64,000 nt of DNA from Eledone cirrhosa (GCA_964016885.1 OZ024756.1:36828001-36892000), one strand, 5' to 3'. Numbered from the stretch's first letter, positions 40,551 to 56,500 are shown. Program-made: numbers and translations. The notes: generated by a model not told the origin, from the sequence alone.

Positions 40551-43500
40551 ATGTGTTTGTATTTGTCTGCAGTGTGGGTGTGTTTGTATATGCGTGTGGG
40601 TTTAGCAGCTTGTGCCAGTGTGTTTGTATATGTCGTGTATTACACCACATTCTAGATAGTTTGTCTTTCTCAACACGTAGAGAATATTACATCAACTTGT
40701 GGTAGACTAGAGTTGTATCCAGGTGAATTTAACTCATTTATCTAACACTGTAGAAACAAGTATTCACTATTGGTCTTAGCCCTTTCATTACCACATTTCT
40801 AATGAAATACACTTACTATGATTTTCAGATCATTTTGAAAACAAATTCAAGAATTTGAAGGAATTTAGTAATATGACTAACTTCCTTATTATTTACTTGT
40901 TGTTTGGAACATAACTTAACAAAGGTTCTTAGATTAAATGATGGAAGGTTTTTAGATAAATATAAACACTTTTAAAATACGCAGCTCAGTTTGGGCGGTT
41001 TCAGGAGGTTTAAGACGTGCTAAGATCATTGATACTGTAATATGTATGCAATAGTTCTTTTCCTATGTTGAGATATATAGCATTACTTCAAGATGATCCA
41101 GCAGCCTCCATGCAAAAGCCCTGGAAATTGTTTGGTTGGTAAATTAAGCAACTATGAGATGTAATGAAAAACATGAAGTTTACAGCTCACCTATGCAGGT
41201 TTAGTTGCCCTCCTGTGAGGTTTCTTGGGTCTTTTGATGATAGGGGCTCCAGTCCTATCTTGAAAAGCAACGTGAAATGAAACCTCTTGCTCAAGAACAC
41301 AACACACTTTTGATTCAGGAATCGAATACACAATCTTATTATCATGAGTCCAATGATGTAACTAATAGACAACACACCTTCACTTATTAACTAGCTAAAT
41401 GGTTAGTTTTCATGCCTGTCCATTTTTCTTACTAACCTTCCACACCCCAGTGTTATACATATGCAACCATGTTAAATCTACACTGAGAAGATGATCCAAG
41501 ACCATGAAAACATCCTCCTATATCACGTGTACACATTTGATTATGTGTCTTTAAATAGTGTTTCTTCTCACTTTCCATCTGTCTTTTTGCCTCTTTCTCA
41601 AATCACATAACATACTGTAAGTAAATAGCTTTCTCTATGCTAACCCATGCTAGCGTGGAAGAACGGACGTAAAACGGTGATGATGATGATGATGGGGTCA
41701 TGCTAATTTTGTTTACTATGTCAGAACACACTTCATCATCATCATCTTTCTATGCCCAGTTTTCCATTCTAGGATGGTTTAAACAGGTCATTACAAACTA
41801 AATTAGTACTTAATTGAAACTATTGTCCTTTTAGACAGGCTGGGAATCCATGTCTCTTATATATTTCAGTATTAGCATGCTTTTTATGACTTGATAGCTC
41901 TTCCTAATGCCAACCACTTTAAAGAGTGTACTCTGTGCATTTTATCTTGGCACCAGCAATAGGGATCCTTCATGAAACTGGTATTTGGAACATAAAAGTG
42001 TTTATATAAAATTATGATGGAAGAATTTTTGATAAATATAAACACTTTAAAAAATACAGCCTTTTATCATAGAACTATGGTGATTTCGGGCAGTTTGCTA
42101 TTAAAAATGTTAATCTGCTAATGAACTTCGATAATTATAAATAACAAACATACTTCTTGACTCCAGAGAAATGGCTAAATATATTTTCTATGTCATCAAT
42201 CAAGTCTTTCTTTTTTCTGAAAAAAAAAAGAGCCTTCATGAAGAAAGAGAAAAAGACCAAAACAAGCTTCTAAAGCATGTACACTGTCACACACTGTCAA
42301 TTTTATCAGTTTGTGAGGACCTGCATAGTCTATGAACACAACCTCTTTTCCTCTGGCTAGTATTTTGAGAAAAAACCCCCAGCAAAATATACTGTGTATA
42401 TTCATGTATACATATACTTTAGTCATATTGTGATCCTTAATTTTGTTCATAGTGCTTTTGTATAATGTGACCTTAGCTTTTGAGCAATACTGGTAGGCCT
42501 ATCATAGTGGAACATTTCAGTACTGGGTAAAATCTTAAACCCATTTGTTCAGCAAATATATAATTGGTAATTACCCACATTATCTGGCTAAATTTGTTCA
42601 GTTTCTGTGTTTTTTTCTACATAGATGTTTCATTTATATAAATTATATAGTGAATGATGTTCTGCTCATCATCTGGTAAGAGAAAGAATCCAAGCTACAG
42701 GAGGCAGACCAAAGGAGCTTATCTATACTATTAAAGTTAGTTTATATATAGGGCCTTGAGAATACTGTAGGTTATAGTTACCAAATACCTATGTATTTTC
42801 TGTATAAAAATTTGATAAAAACACATATTCAAGTATATGTGGTAATTAAAATATTTATAGAAAGGACTGGTAGTTCTATCACAGCTCCTTGTATGTATCT
42901 ACTTTTCTTTGCTAGCAAGGACTGGACAAGAATTTTTGAAGCAGTATTCTATGGACAGATGCCCTTTCTGACACTACTTGCGTACTTGTTGCATTTTATC
43001 ATGGCATCATCAATATATGCACACAATCACACACTCTCTCAGTGTGGTCTAGTAAGTGGTTGGTGTTAGGAAGGGCATCCAGCAGTAGGAGCTTTGCCAA
43101 AACCGGAATGTATGTAAGCTAGACATGGCCTCTAGCCCATCTGGGAGAACAGTAGCTCTGATATAAATACTGGCTTGGTCTGTGATGACCCTGTCCAACC
43201 CATGCCAGCATAGAAAAACTGGCATTAAATGATGATGACGCATGATATAATACAAGGATTCTATGATGAATATGATTCTTCATTTCATAGAGATTAATTT
43301 CTGTTTCTGTTTTTAAAACCTTCAGTGTATGTGTGAGAGTGAAGGAGGTAACATTTAGCCGATTTCTCCTGTCATTTGAAATTACTCTTCACTATGTTTG
43401 TGTGTATGTGCTTTAGTCTGTGTAGATATTGTTTTTATTTTATATTTATCATTATCATTTAACGTCAGTTTTTTTTCAGTTTTTTTTTTTTGCGTGCGCA

Positions 43501-44516
43501 AGTGTGCAGTGTTGCACATTTGTTTGTGTTGTATATCAGTCAGTATGTGTGTGTGATAGTTATTTTGCTGTAAGATTTAGTCTTAAGTCTTTTCAATCAT
43601 ATTTTGAAGTGTGGAAGGTGTTATCTTCCAGTAACTACCAGAACACATCCAATCACACACACACTCTCTTTCTCATGCATGCATGTGCATACAGGCACCT
43701 CCAACATTGAGTATGTATTAATATGGGTAAAGTTTTGGAGGCATTTCAATATAAATATATTAAAATTGTTGGTTTGAATTTCTCTCATAGTGGTGGAGAT
43801 GTTGCTTGTGGTGATGATGCCTGCCTTTTTATTTGTTGCTTTTTAATTCTTCCATCTGTCTTATAAGATTTAACCGTATCATAGATTTACTTTAATCATT
43901 TTTAGTTACATCTGACTAGCATCTGTATGATGTGGTGTAGTACATTACAGGATGTTGTGGTCCAGTAGTGTCCACTGATACAGTACACTTGCTCTCAGTA
44001 TGGTGTAGATAATTATAAATTTTGTCTAGGATAACCCAAAAATGCTGGATAATATTTAACGATAGTTTTCTTTACATAGTCTTTACAATAAGATGTTCCT
44101 GGTAAACTCTGTTAGGTGATTGGTGTTTGGTAGGGCTTCCAGTCAAAGAAACCTAGCCAAAAATTGTAAAGTGTGATTCAGATTTTGGCCTCTGGCACAT
44201 CTTGGAAGGCCAAATATGAACTGACTCGGGCTGTAACAACCCATCCAACCCATAAAAGCATGAAAAGTGAAAAAGAAACCTACTGAGTGGCCAGGAACAA
44301 TGTGAAAAGAAGTGTCCTTTCCCTTTCTCAAGGACATAATTTGCTGTCCAATCTGGGAATCGAACTCCTGACCATATGATTGTGAACCCAGCTGTCAGGA
44401 TGGCTGAGCAGTCTTGCTAAACTCATTGAAAACAGAAAAGGAAATATCAAAATATTTCTTAATCTCATCAAAATTTTATCTGCCTGCGTTTTATACACCA
44501 AAGGAGTGTGTGTGTG

Positions 44517-44566
<50 letters not shown>

Positions 44567-47500
44567 CACATATACACACATTCATACAAACACATTTATA
44601 GAATGCAGGCATATTTTGACACTAAAATCTTTGGGTAAAAAATGTTTTATACACCAGAAAATCTATCTCACTCAAAGATGCTCTGTGTTCATTATCAGAT
44701 GTCATTCATCTTAGAGCATCAGCTTGGATGTCTTGGTATTTATTCCTCCTCCCTACACTCATTAAAACATCCGATGAGATGCAACCTTGTAGGAGGCCAG
44801 CAAAACCAGCATAGGTGCGAGTTGTAAGAACTTGGTAGGACTGGGGCACATATCATTAAAACACCCTAAATACCTATGAAATGCAACCTTGTGGGAAGCT
44901 AGCTAAACCTGCTTTGGTGTGAACTGTAACAACTTGATAGGATAGGGCCACCTTTCACTACGACATACAAGAAACCTCCTATGAGAGGAAACTTTGTAGG
45001 AGGCTAGTTAAACCTACATGGGTGTGAACTGTAAATTTAATTTTTCAATGTAGTAAATATTTCCATTGTGTGGGAGAGGGTATCAGTTGTGTTTTGTGTG
45101 GTGTTTGTTGTTAAAATGGACATCTAGATATTACCAAAGACAAAAGCAGGTGCATAGCTGTCTCCCCTATCCCTCTATCCTCTCAGACAACCATTCCTCT
45201 ACACCTGATCATTATGAGATCAAGTCTGACCTATATTATTATATATTTATTTCTCAGTACTATATACATATTTGGTGAGTTGCCAAATGTGGTCTGGCAA
45301 AATTTGGCTAAGCCATATCAGCATGGAGTATACTCACTAATAGTGCTGCTACTGCTGCTGTTAGGAATGTGGGCGTAATGGCAATAACAGTGAGTGTGGT
45401 GGTGGTGGTCGTGGTGAAAGTGTTGCTATTGTGTTATACTCTTTCATGTGTGTTTTTTTTTTAGTAATCATTTCTTGTAGGTGGAGTGTCAGTCATGGGC
45501 AACAATTTACTGATAAATGTTATTATGAAAAGATCAAGTGTCGTGTTTCATAATAGTGTGGCATTTCATCAGATATTGTGTGGCATTTTATCAGACATTG
45601 TGTTGGGTTTCATCAGACATTGTGTTGGGTTTCATCAGACATTGTGTTGGGTTTCATCAGACATTGTCGGGTTTCATCAAACATTGCGTTGGGTTTCATC
45701 AGACATTGTGTTACATTTCATCAGACATTATGTTGGATTCCATCAGACATTGTGTTGTTTCATCAGACATTGTGTTGTATTTCATTAGACATTGTGTTGT
45801 TTCATCAGATATTGTGTTGGGTTTCGTCATTCACCGTGGCATGTTTTGTCAGGCATTGTGGAACATTTTGTTAGACGTAATTATGTCATGTCGTGCATCA
45901 TGGGATGTTGTGTTGTGTTTTGTCAGATATCATGTTTTATCTCATCAGTTGTTGTCATGTTTCATAGAATATCGTATTTCGTCATTGCTGTGTATCATCA
46001 GACATTGTCATGTTTCATCAGATATTGAGTCATAAAACATTTAGCTTTATAATAGCATAATAAATCTCTCCCATGAGACGCTTAGCTATTGACAACCACC
46101 CTCGCCATCAAATTTACCAACATGTGACAGTGGCTGTATGTCGGGGTGACAGTGGTTCTGTACATTGGTACTATCATCATCACTATGATGACAATGGCTA
46201 CATGTTCGTACAGTCACCATTGCTATGGTGACAATAGCTAGCTGTATGCCTGTACAGTTACATGTGTGTACAGTCACCATCGCTATGATGTCAATAGCAT
46301 TATGTCTGTACAGTCACCATCGCTATGGTAACAATGATTGTTTGTCTGTACAGTCAGATGTTGGTACAGCCACCATTGATAATTTGACTGTCATTATTAT
46401 TTCAGTTCCCATCCCATTAATTATAAGATAACGAGCTAGATTAAACAGAACTAAAATATCTGATGAAATTATAGTTCTTCAGAAAATTAAGCTCATCATT
46501 AGGGTGTATATTTACTTCTAGTCTGTGTTTTAATCAAATGATTCTTTGGTTGTTATTGAGTATTTTATTTTGAGATGTTTATGTATTATTGCAGACTGGT
46601 GTAGAACTAGGAGTTTTTATTTCTAAACTCATCTGCATTATTTTTACAGTCACATTTCCATGCTTGTATGGGTTGGGTGTGACTTTTTCAGGCAGTGTGT
46701 TTACAACCAGATGCCCTTCCTGATGTCAACCTTTTTAATTGGCTCTTGTGACACCGAGGAACAGATTATAACTATTCTGAAAAACTGTGATAAAGTGAGA
46801 GTCCAGGATATACACTGGGGCTGGGTAACTGGGATAAACACTAAGGGTAATAATGTTCTTATCTACTAGGCTGGGGTGGGGATCTTTTTCAGTCTTAAAG
46901 AGCCATTTTTAACTTAAATAAAAAAATAAGTGACACTGTGGAAGCTGAGAAATTTATTATAAACAAAAAAAAAATAAATACAAGAAAACGTATTTAGTTA
47001 ACTATTTTTTTAGTCAACGTGATTTTTGTCTTTGAATCTTATCTGAAATGGGTTCAAAGTTGTGGCTTTTATTTTAATACAAGGTTCCAGATTTTATAAA
47101 ATAAAATAACAATAAATTACAGAGTAGCTAAGAGCCATTCAAGATAAGCTAAGGAGCTACATGTGGATCTCTCAAGATAGGCTAAGGAGCTACATGTGGC
47201 TCTGGAACCACAAGTTCTTGGCACCTCTACAAGGCTTTCTAGAGTTAACCCACCCAAGGAATTATAATTTTATAAACAAAATAATTCATCTCAGATATCT
47301 AAGTTAGACATTAACTGAGTTAATTTAGTTTGATATGCAAGTAGGTGTTAAAGCTGGTGCACACATTGAGATAGCATTATTGTCTTTATGAAGGGTGAGA
47401 GCTGAGAGTTGCTCTGTAGTTACCATATTCCTAATGAAAGACACTGTGTATGGTTTTTAATTAATTTTGAAAATAATCAAGAATTTAAAGTGATAAACTA

Positions 47501-50500
47501 AAATCACTAATGTTTTCATTATTATGAGGGTGGTGTGCTGGCCTTTTTCCTAAATCTGAAACCATTATTATAGGGTGATGATTTGGCAGAATTGTTAGTG
47601 CATCTGACTTTACTTTGCAATATTTCTTCCAAGTTTTTATATTGTTTTCAAATCCTGTTGAGGCCATCTCTGTCTTTCACCCTTCCTGGAATCATAAAAT
47701 ATAGCACCAGTAAAGAACTGGAGTTGATTTAATTGACTTTCTCTTTCCACTAAAATTTCTGGCCTTTGACTTGTTAGAAACAAATTGGTATTTAGTATTT
47801 AATAAAGGTTCTTACAAAAATTGTGTTCAAGATTTTTAGATAAATATAAGCACTTTAACTCTTTTTATTATCATATTTCAAGTGAAATACATTACAGTTG
47901 ATTTTCAAATCATTTTGAAAATAATCAAGAATTTGAAAAAATTTACTAAAATAACTAACTTTCTCACTAAGTTGATGTTTGAAAGATAACTTAACAAAGG
48001 TTCTTGCATAAAATTTATGATAGAAGGGTTTTAGATAAATGTAAATACTTTAACTATGTGTGACAGATGGACAAATAATCTGGTACAGTCATAATTTGGA
48101 TTGTGTATTCTGTGACTGTTTTTATTCATAAAGCTGATTATTGGAATATTTTCTAAAGCTTATATTTATTTAACCAGCATAGTATCCATAAAAAAAACAC
48201 TTTAATTGTAATTATTCCTTGATTACTCATTAAATGTGAAGATATTTGGATCTGCCAGTTCCCCTTGAACCTCGTGAACTTTAATCTATCTTCTCCTCAT
48301 TTTTTCTCTTCATCTTCTTGGTAGCACCAGCAGCAGTTGTAGTTGTAGCAGCAGCAATATTGGTGGAAAAGTAGTAGCATCATCACTAGTAGTTGCAGTA
48401 GTACTAGTAGTGATGGCACTGCCAGCAGCAGTACTAGTTATAACAACAGTATTAGCGAAAGGGTCAAATTAGGAATAATAGTAAGAACTTTTTTTTTTTC
48501 GGAAGAGAGAGAAACTATATAATCACTTCCTGGACACACAAATTCCTTGTGTTTTCTTAATATTGATTATTTGATATATTTATCTAATCTATCTATTTAT
48601 TTATTCTGGCTGTATTCTGTTAAGTTTCTTTTACACATCAATATATCTTGTTGTTTTCAGAGGAGCAAAGAGGAGTTTGCTGTGTCTCAGATAAAAGAAG
48701 TAACTGGAATTGATGACATCAAGGTGATAACTAAAGCAATCAGGGCATGTTGTAACAAAGATGGAAAGTACAATATTGAAGATGTCGTTACCATGCTTGT
48801 TCAAGACAGCTCAGAATACAATGTAATTATTTCCTATTTTATAATGCATTTATCTGAAGCACAAGTGTACAACTTGGTAAACATAACCTTCCTGATTTTG
48901 CCCAGTTCCTCGATAATGATTCCATCCATGACCAACAGACTTTAACCCTTTTGTTACCATATTTCTAATGAAAAACACTGCCTATGATTTTTCAAGTAAT
49001 TTTGAAAATATTGAAAAATTTTGAGAAGTTCAGTAATATAATTAACTTCTTCAATATTAAGCTGGTGTTTGGAACATTAAATTTTGATGGGAAGATTTTA
49101 AATAAATATAAACCCTTAAAAATATACAGCTTAGTATTGTAGAAGCAGCGGTGGTTTCAGGCAGTTTGGTATCAAAAGGGTTAATACATTTATCTGAAGC
49201 ACAAATGGTAAACATAACTTATCTGATGATGCCCCAGTTCCTCAATGGTTCCATCCATGGCCAACACACTTTAGTTAATGCTTGTCTTGAGTTTCTGAGA
49301 TGAGGAATTGTTATTACCATAAGAGCAGTGGATTGGCACAATCATTGGAGCATTCTATAAATGCTTTGCAGTATTTGTTCCAGCTTTTTATACTCTGAGT
49401 TCAAATCCCACCGAGGTCACCTTTGCGTTACTTCCATTATGGGGAGTTGATAAAATAAAATACCAGTCAACTACTGGTTTTAATTTAATCAACTTCCTCC
49501 TCCCCTCAAATTGCTGGCCTTGTGCCTAAAATAGAAACTATTGTTATTATCATTATTATAAACTGATTTATTTAGTCAGATCAGTGTTTAGATAATGGTT
49601 TGAATAAATCAGTTTATAATAAAATTATCTTTTAACACAGTTCACCTGTTGGTTTCATCCATGACCAACATACTTTAACCCTTTTGTTACCAGATTTCTA
49701 GCAAAAGACACTGCTTGTGATTTTCAAATAATTTTGAAAATGAAGAATTTGGAAGGATTCATCATCATCGTCACTATTCCATCAACACCTTTTAATGTCT
49801 ATTTTTTCTGCTTGCATAGGTTAAACTGGTTGTCATGTTTTAAGGCTAGACTAGTCAGGTGACCATGTCTTGCTTGTATGTTCCATTTTTGGCTTGGTTT
49901 CTATGGCTGGATAGCCTTCTTAAAGCCAACCATGGTTTCTGTAGCTAGGATAAATAAATTTCTCATTATTAAAATGATGTTTGGAAATTAACCTTTTTCA
50001 GTTATATTTCTAATGAAATATACTCTATTTCAGTTAATGAAGAATTTTGAGTGATTTACTAAAATTATTCCGTTACTACTGGTGATAGGAAGGGCATCCA
50101 GCTGGAGAAAACTTGCAAAACAAAAGGTTGAAATAACTCTTCAATGTGTCAAGTACATGACAACCTCTCTAGTGTTTGGGACACTATAAAATGCACCCAC
50201 TACACTCTGAAGTGGTTGGTGATAGGAACCACATTCAGCCATAGAAAACTAACAAAATAAAGATTTGAGAGGACTCTTCAGTTGTCATAAGACACAATAA
50301 CGTCCCTAATGCTGGTGCTCTGATAAAATGCACTCAGTGCACACTGAGTGGCATAGCGTCAGATGTGACTTCCGGCTCTTTGAGAGGTTTGTAGCTCCAA
50401 TTAAATACTTCACTTTGTCTGTGACCTATCCAACTTTTATTAGCAGGGAAAACAGACATCAAATTATGATGATGAGAAAATAACTTAATATATGGTTCTT

Positions 50501-53500
50501 ATATAAATTATGTTGTAAGACTTTAATTTAATTTAAAATGGGTGGTTTTGTTTCATGAAGAAATATCACTCACATTCACATTATTAAGCTGGGGTTTGGA
50601 ACATAACTTTTAAGTTCTTATATGAAATTATGATGGGTAGATTTCAGATGAATATAAACACTTTGAGATAAGGAATTAAATATGGAACCAGGTGCAGTTT
50701 AGGATAAAAAGGGTTTCACCATTAAAATAGACAACTTTGTGTTATAGAATCAGAGATGGTTTAGTATCAAAAGGGTTAATACATTTATCTGAAACACAAG
50801 TGTCCAACTTGGAATCTACCTGATGACACCCAATTCTTCATTAAAGATATAGTATCCCAACACAGCTCAGCTGTTGGTTCCATCCATGGCCAATACACTT
50901 TAATTAATTCTTGTCTGACTTTCTGTGATGAGTAATTATTATTATTATTATTATAAACTAATTTATTTGGTTGGACTAGTGTTTAGACCCTACTCCAAAT
51001 AAATCAGTTTATGATGGATTTTCAGTTCTTTTTGTTTAAGAAATTGTTTGAATCTTTTCTTTGTTTCACCATTTTTATTGCTTCTTTTATGATTTTTAGG
51101 TTTTTGGAATGTGGAACATATTAAACATTTTTTAACCCTTTGGTCGTCATATTTCTAATGAAAGACATTGTATATAGTTTTCAATGAATTTTAGTGGAAT
51201 ATAGTAAAATAACTTTTTCCTGGTTAACCCTAGTATGTTAGGATGGTTGTGGCTTAAATGTCTTTAATTGTTGGTCTTCTCAGTCAGGATTGACCTGGGG
51301 CTAAACAGCAACTTGAAATATATAGATCCACTTTTGGTTCTCATTGAGTGGTTGGTGATAAGGTCATCCTGTCAGAAAAACTGCTAAACAAAGATTTACA
51401 ACTATATTTCTAATTAATACACTGTATAACTAGTTCTGATATAAAATTATGTTGGAAGATTTTAATTTAGATTTGAACCTTTTAATATGGATGGTTTTGT
51501 TTCATTGAAACGAAGGTGGTTTTGGTTGGTCTGGTATCAAAAGAATGCATACAATAAAGGACACATTCAAGAACGCAGTCGTAAACACGATTGAGTGATA
51601 GAATGATCATGGCTGGAATGCTTTTAGTTGTAGGTTCCCTCAGTCAGGATTGATCTGGGGCTAAACAATTACTTGAAACATATATCCTCTTTTGGTTCTC
51701 ATTGTTTGACTTAAAATATCTGTAAACTTGCTGTTGGTTTTGATTTTTATATATTTTGTTTTGTTTATTTTTTCTGCTAGGTCTCCACCAACCCTTCCCA
51801 AGATATACCCCAAACCCAGTGTGATACTCAATGTGATGCCAGGGAATTTCAGAAAGGTGAAAAAATCTATAATTACATGTCATCTCCTTAATGCTTATAT
51901 TCCAGTGTCTCTTTTTTGTAGCAGGATAGCATCTGTGTCACTCATCGCTCAAACTTGTGGAAATCATCATCATCATCGATTAACGTCTATCTTCCATGCT
52001 AGCATGGGTTAGACGGGTTTGTTCCATTTAGAGGGAAGTTGGGTCAGGTGATCGTGTCTCGCTCATATAGGGGTGTTTCTGGCTGGTATTTCAATGACAG
52101 GGGCCCCAGTCCTATCATGAAAAGTAATGTGAAATGTCTTTCCCAAGAACACAGTGCACCCCCTTGTCTAGGAACCAAACCCACAACCTTATGATTCCAG
52201 ACCCAACACCTTAAACACATGGAAATAACTAAAATGTGAAATGAATCGAGATCCTGGAAGGAAAACTTTGTAAACATTATTCCATAACTGGTTCGTTTGG
52301 AAGGTGCTCACCTATCAAGAAGAGTGCTACATTTTTGGATTGATATATATATTGTGGTTTTGGCTACATTATTGTGGGCTGATATAGTAAATATAGAGTA
52401 ATGTTAATGCTAAAGGGTTAAACCTGGTGAGGGATAGTCTCTGCTTGGTTTTAATGCAATAACATCCCTATCACTGCTTCAAGAATTAAGTGAATATTTA
52501 CATTGTTTCTGTACACTATGAGTTTCTGAGACCATAATATTTCTAGTTATAGATCTGACTAATGATAAGCAACAGCAACAACAACAACAACAGCAACAGC
52601 AACAGCAGCAGCAGCAACAACAACAACAACAGCCACCTCAAGCAGGTGCGGATGGTTACGAGACTGAAGAAATTCGGAAAGCAATTGCTGCCAGTTTGCA
52701 GGATTCCACCGGAATGTTGGGTGGTCAGGTAACTCGCGAAGAACAGGATATCAGCAGGTAAATTAAATATCTCTTCAGCAGCTTTTCTCCATTCTCTTTA
52801 TTGTTGTCATAGTTACCATGATAGGGCTTTTTTTTTGTATATTTATTTATAACCATCTCCATCTGTAACTCTTTAAAATTTACTCACACACACACACTGC
52901 CTTTCCTATGTTAGCCATGTTGCTACAAGATGAAGTTGATTTTCAATCAAAAGGTCCTGAGTTCTAACTTTACATCTGTCCCTGTAAATAGATATTTCTA
53001 CAAAATTTCTCATACATTTATGTCATGTGTACATATATGCTGAACACTTCAGTAGTTATATACTAGAAACAAGTTATTAAAATATCATTCCTATGTTTGG
53101 TAACTTCCATGTCATGTGTCTGTAATCAACATAAACTATAGGGTTTCTCTTATGCAAAACCATAAATTTATTAAAATGCAAGTTCCCAAGTTTGTATGAT
53201 TGTTCATTATCATCATTGTTTAACGTCTATCTTCCACGCTAGCATGGGTTAGACGGATATTGTCCCACTTTAGGCAAGATTGATCGGGTGACCATGTCTC
53301 ACTCATATAGGACTGATATCTGGTTATCCAGTTTTAAGACCCAGTTTGCCCTTGTCTTTTTGTCTACATGTGTGTGTGTGTGTGTGTGTGTATTGAATAC
53401 TGAATACTACATGTCTTCTTTGTCTTATTACTCAGAGTTCTTGAAGCCAGTTTAGCAGAAAGTAAATCTGGAACGAAACGGAAACGGAGTGACCTCTGGT

Positions 53501-56500
53501 TTGTAGATCCGTTGAATCCACACCTCCGTAAACGAGAGGACTGGTGTCCTGTTGGTCTAAAGAATGTTGGCAATACATGCTGGTTTAGTGCTTTGATACA
53601 GGTAAGTGTGTTGAAACTATCACCTGTAACTATTATTGCTACTACATTGCTTATACTACTTTAGTAATATCTATTTACATATCTATATTTATACATGAAG
53701 AACGTCGGATAGAATGCTTTATGGTATTTGTTCTGGCTCTCTGAGTTCAAATCCCACCGAGGTCAACTTTGCCTTTCATCCTTTCGATGTCTATAAAAAA
53801 AAATACCAGTCTAGTATTGGGGTTGATTCTTCCTCTATATCTCTTTTTCACTTCTTCTGTCACTTTCTATCCTTCTCTGAAAGAAATCTGCAGTACTCAG
53901 GCCTAGAAAGGGATGAGCTCCACCAGGCTTAAAATGCCCAAGAGATGCCGTCTGTCAATACGGCTCCCCTACGAGTCTATCAGGAGTTACGGGGCCATAC
54001 ATACATAGATTTATACATGTCCGGGATTGATGGTCTCTGTTTGGAGATCTCTGTTTTAACTTCCCGAAATATGCTGAATTTTAAAATAGTCACACAGTCT
54101 TATTCCATGTTTTTCTGTTTCAGTCATTGTTCCATGTAAATCGCTTCCGACATTTGCTGATAAATTTTCAACCTCACCCAAGGTCAGAATTTAGTGCTTC
54201 CAATCCTGCAGTAAGTATTATTTTGGTAATTGTAATGACAGACAGTACTAGGTAATGAATTGGCATGGCATAGTTGTTAGAATATCGATTAGTATACTTT
54301 GTGGTACTTCTTATGAATTTCTGGGTTCAAAACCTGCTGCTGAGATCAACTTTGCCTTTCAACCTTTTGAGGTCGATAAAAGAAGCATTAGTCCAATACT
54401 TGGAGTTGGTTTTTTTCCTCTGTATCTCTTTGCCTTTCTCTCTCTCAAATCAGATATGTTCTGACCTGGAGAAGGGATGGTCTCCAGATTTAAAAGATGC
54501 CCAAGTATGTCACTACAACACCCACTTGCATGTTAATTTCAAGAGCAGGGAAACCTATTGATCAAACAACTGGAACACTTGAGATCCCAAACAACCAGTT
54601 TAGAATAGGTACACCATTTCTCTGTGTTGTAAGAAGTAACAAAAAAAGTTTGGTACTAGTAAAGGCATCTGGCTGTGATAACATTGTTTCAAAAAGGTCC
54701 CGATGATGGGTATATAGCCTATCATAGGCCCAAAATGCTAACACTTACTTTAGAAAGGAAAATAGGCTAAAAATGCTTGTTGCAGTATTGAATATACTTG
54801 TTTGTGTTTAACACTGTTGTAATTTGTTTGTTACAGGAAACTCGAAGTTTACGATTTACTGAAGAATTAAGAAATCTTTTTTCTTTGATGATTGGTTCGT
54901 ATCGCAAGTATGTGGACCCTTCTAAAGCAGTTGAGATTTTGAAAGAAGGCTTCAGGTCTCACATGGGAGTGTCAGATAGTCAACAAGTAAGTCCTTTAAC
55001 CTTTTATTACCATATTTCTAATGAAAGACATTGTCTATGATACGCAAATGAGATTTTGGAAAGATTTAGTAATATAACTTATTCATTATTAAACTGGTAT
55101 TTGCCAAATAAAGGGTCGGGAGGATCCTTCACTCGTGTCAATGACATAACTTCCCTGGTTTTGGTGATTTACATGATAAACGCACCCAGTACATGCTATA
55201 TAGTGGTTGGTGATAGGAAGGGCATCGAACTATAGAAATCTTGCCAAACAAAGGGTTGGTGGACCCTCAGTTGTGTCAAAGGCATGACAACCTCTCCTGA
55301 GCACTCGGTGGAATGTGAGACAAATAAGCGAGAGACAAATTCCTGGTCTGCTTGGAAGATCTGTGGCTCTGCTTCAATACTGACTTGGTCTGTGAGGTCC
55401 TGTCCAACCCTTGCTAGCAGGGAAAGTAGATGTTAAAATGATGATGATGATAAACACTTTAAAATAAAGTTTTGTATCAGAACCAGAGGTGATTTGACAC
55501 CAGATGCTCTTCCTAACCTCAGCCCTAAGGAGATAGTCATGACCTTGGCACAACTGAAGAATCCTCTTAGCCCTATGTTTGACGGGTTTTCTATATTTGG
55601 ATGTTTATTGATTTATTTCAGGATGTTAGCGAGTTCCAAGGCAAACTTCTTGAATGGCTTGAAGATGCTTTCAGAAACTCACCGTCCACTTTAACAGAAT
55701 CTTCTGGAAGTTTTTGTAGCAAGTAAGTTGTTTTGTTTTCTTTGATTTATTTTATTTATGCTTTTTCTTTTTCTTTTTTTACATGAAATGTTTTGTGTAT
55801 AACTTGTAAAAGAAGACAAAAAAAAATTTGGCAAAGGTTAACCCTTTAGCTTTTAAACTGGCTGTATCCGGCCACAATACTCTCACCTCTTTCTGTTCAA
55901 AGCAACTGTAACCGGCTGATCATACTTATGTTAACGTATTGTTTTCAAAATAAATAATATCCAAATCTCATAGATTCGATATTATGTGAGATAATTATGT
56001 AAGGTAAAACCTTTACCATGTAAATATAATAGTATATATAGAGTAATGTAAATGGTAAAGGGTTAAGAAGGTGATTGTTTTAACTGTCTATTATCCTGTC
56101 TGAGTGTAACTGAACTGAATTTCTCAATGACAAAGTTTGGTTTTTGTTCATTTTTCAGAGATCCAAAGGAACAAACAAATCCCATGATTGAGCTCTTTTA
56201 TGGTGGCTATACTGAAATTGGTAACAACAAGGGTATGTCTACACTTCTTCCTCTCTCTCTTCCGTTTCCTTACTTCTTCCTTCCTTCTCTCCCCAGTTGG
56301 GTCAATAACTAATAACCTTGTTAGTGTTGGTGCCATGAAAATTCACCTAGTACATTCTGTAAGGTGGTTGGCAGAGCACACCACTTTAGAAACCAGGTCA
56401 AAGGGTTTAGAGGACCCTTCACTTGCATCAATGGCATGACAACCTCTCTAGTGTTGGTGATCTACAAGATAAGGACATCCAACTGTAAAAAGCTTGCCAA

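Noticed and set aside
48320-48450. CAG/TAG-rich tract as a coding polyQ or polyS exon
   Set aside because: Degenerate trinucleotide repeat; exons 1 and 2 already join in phase and match the USP25 N-terminus without it.
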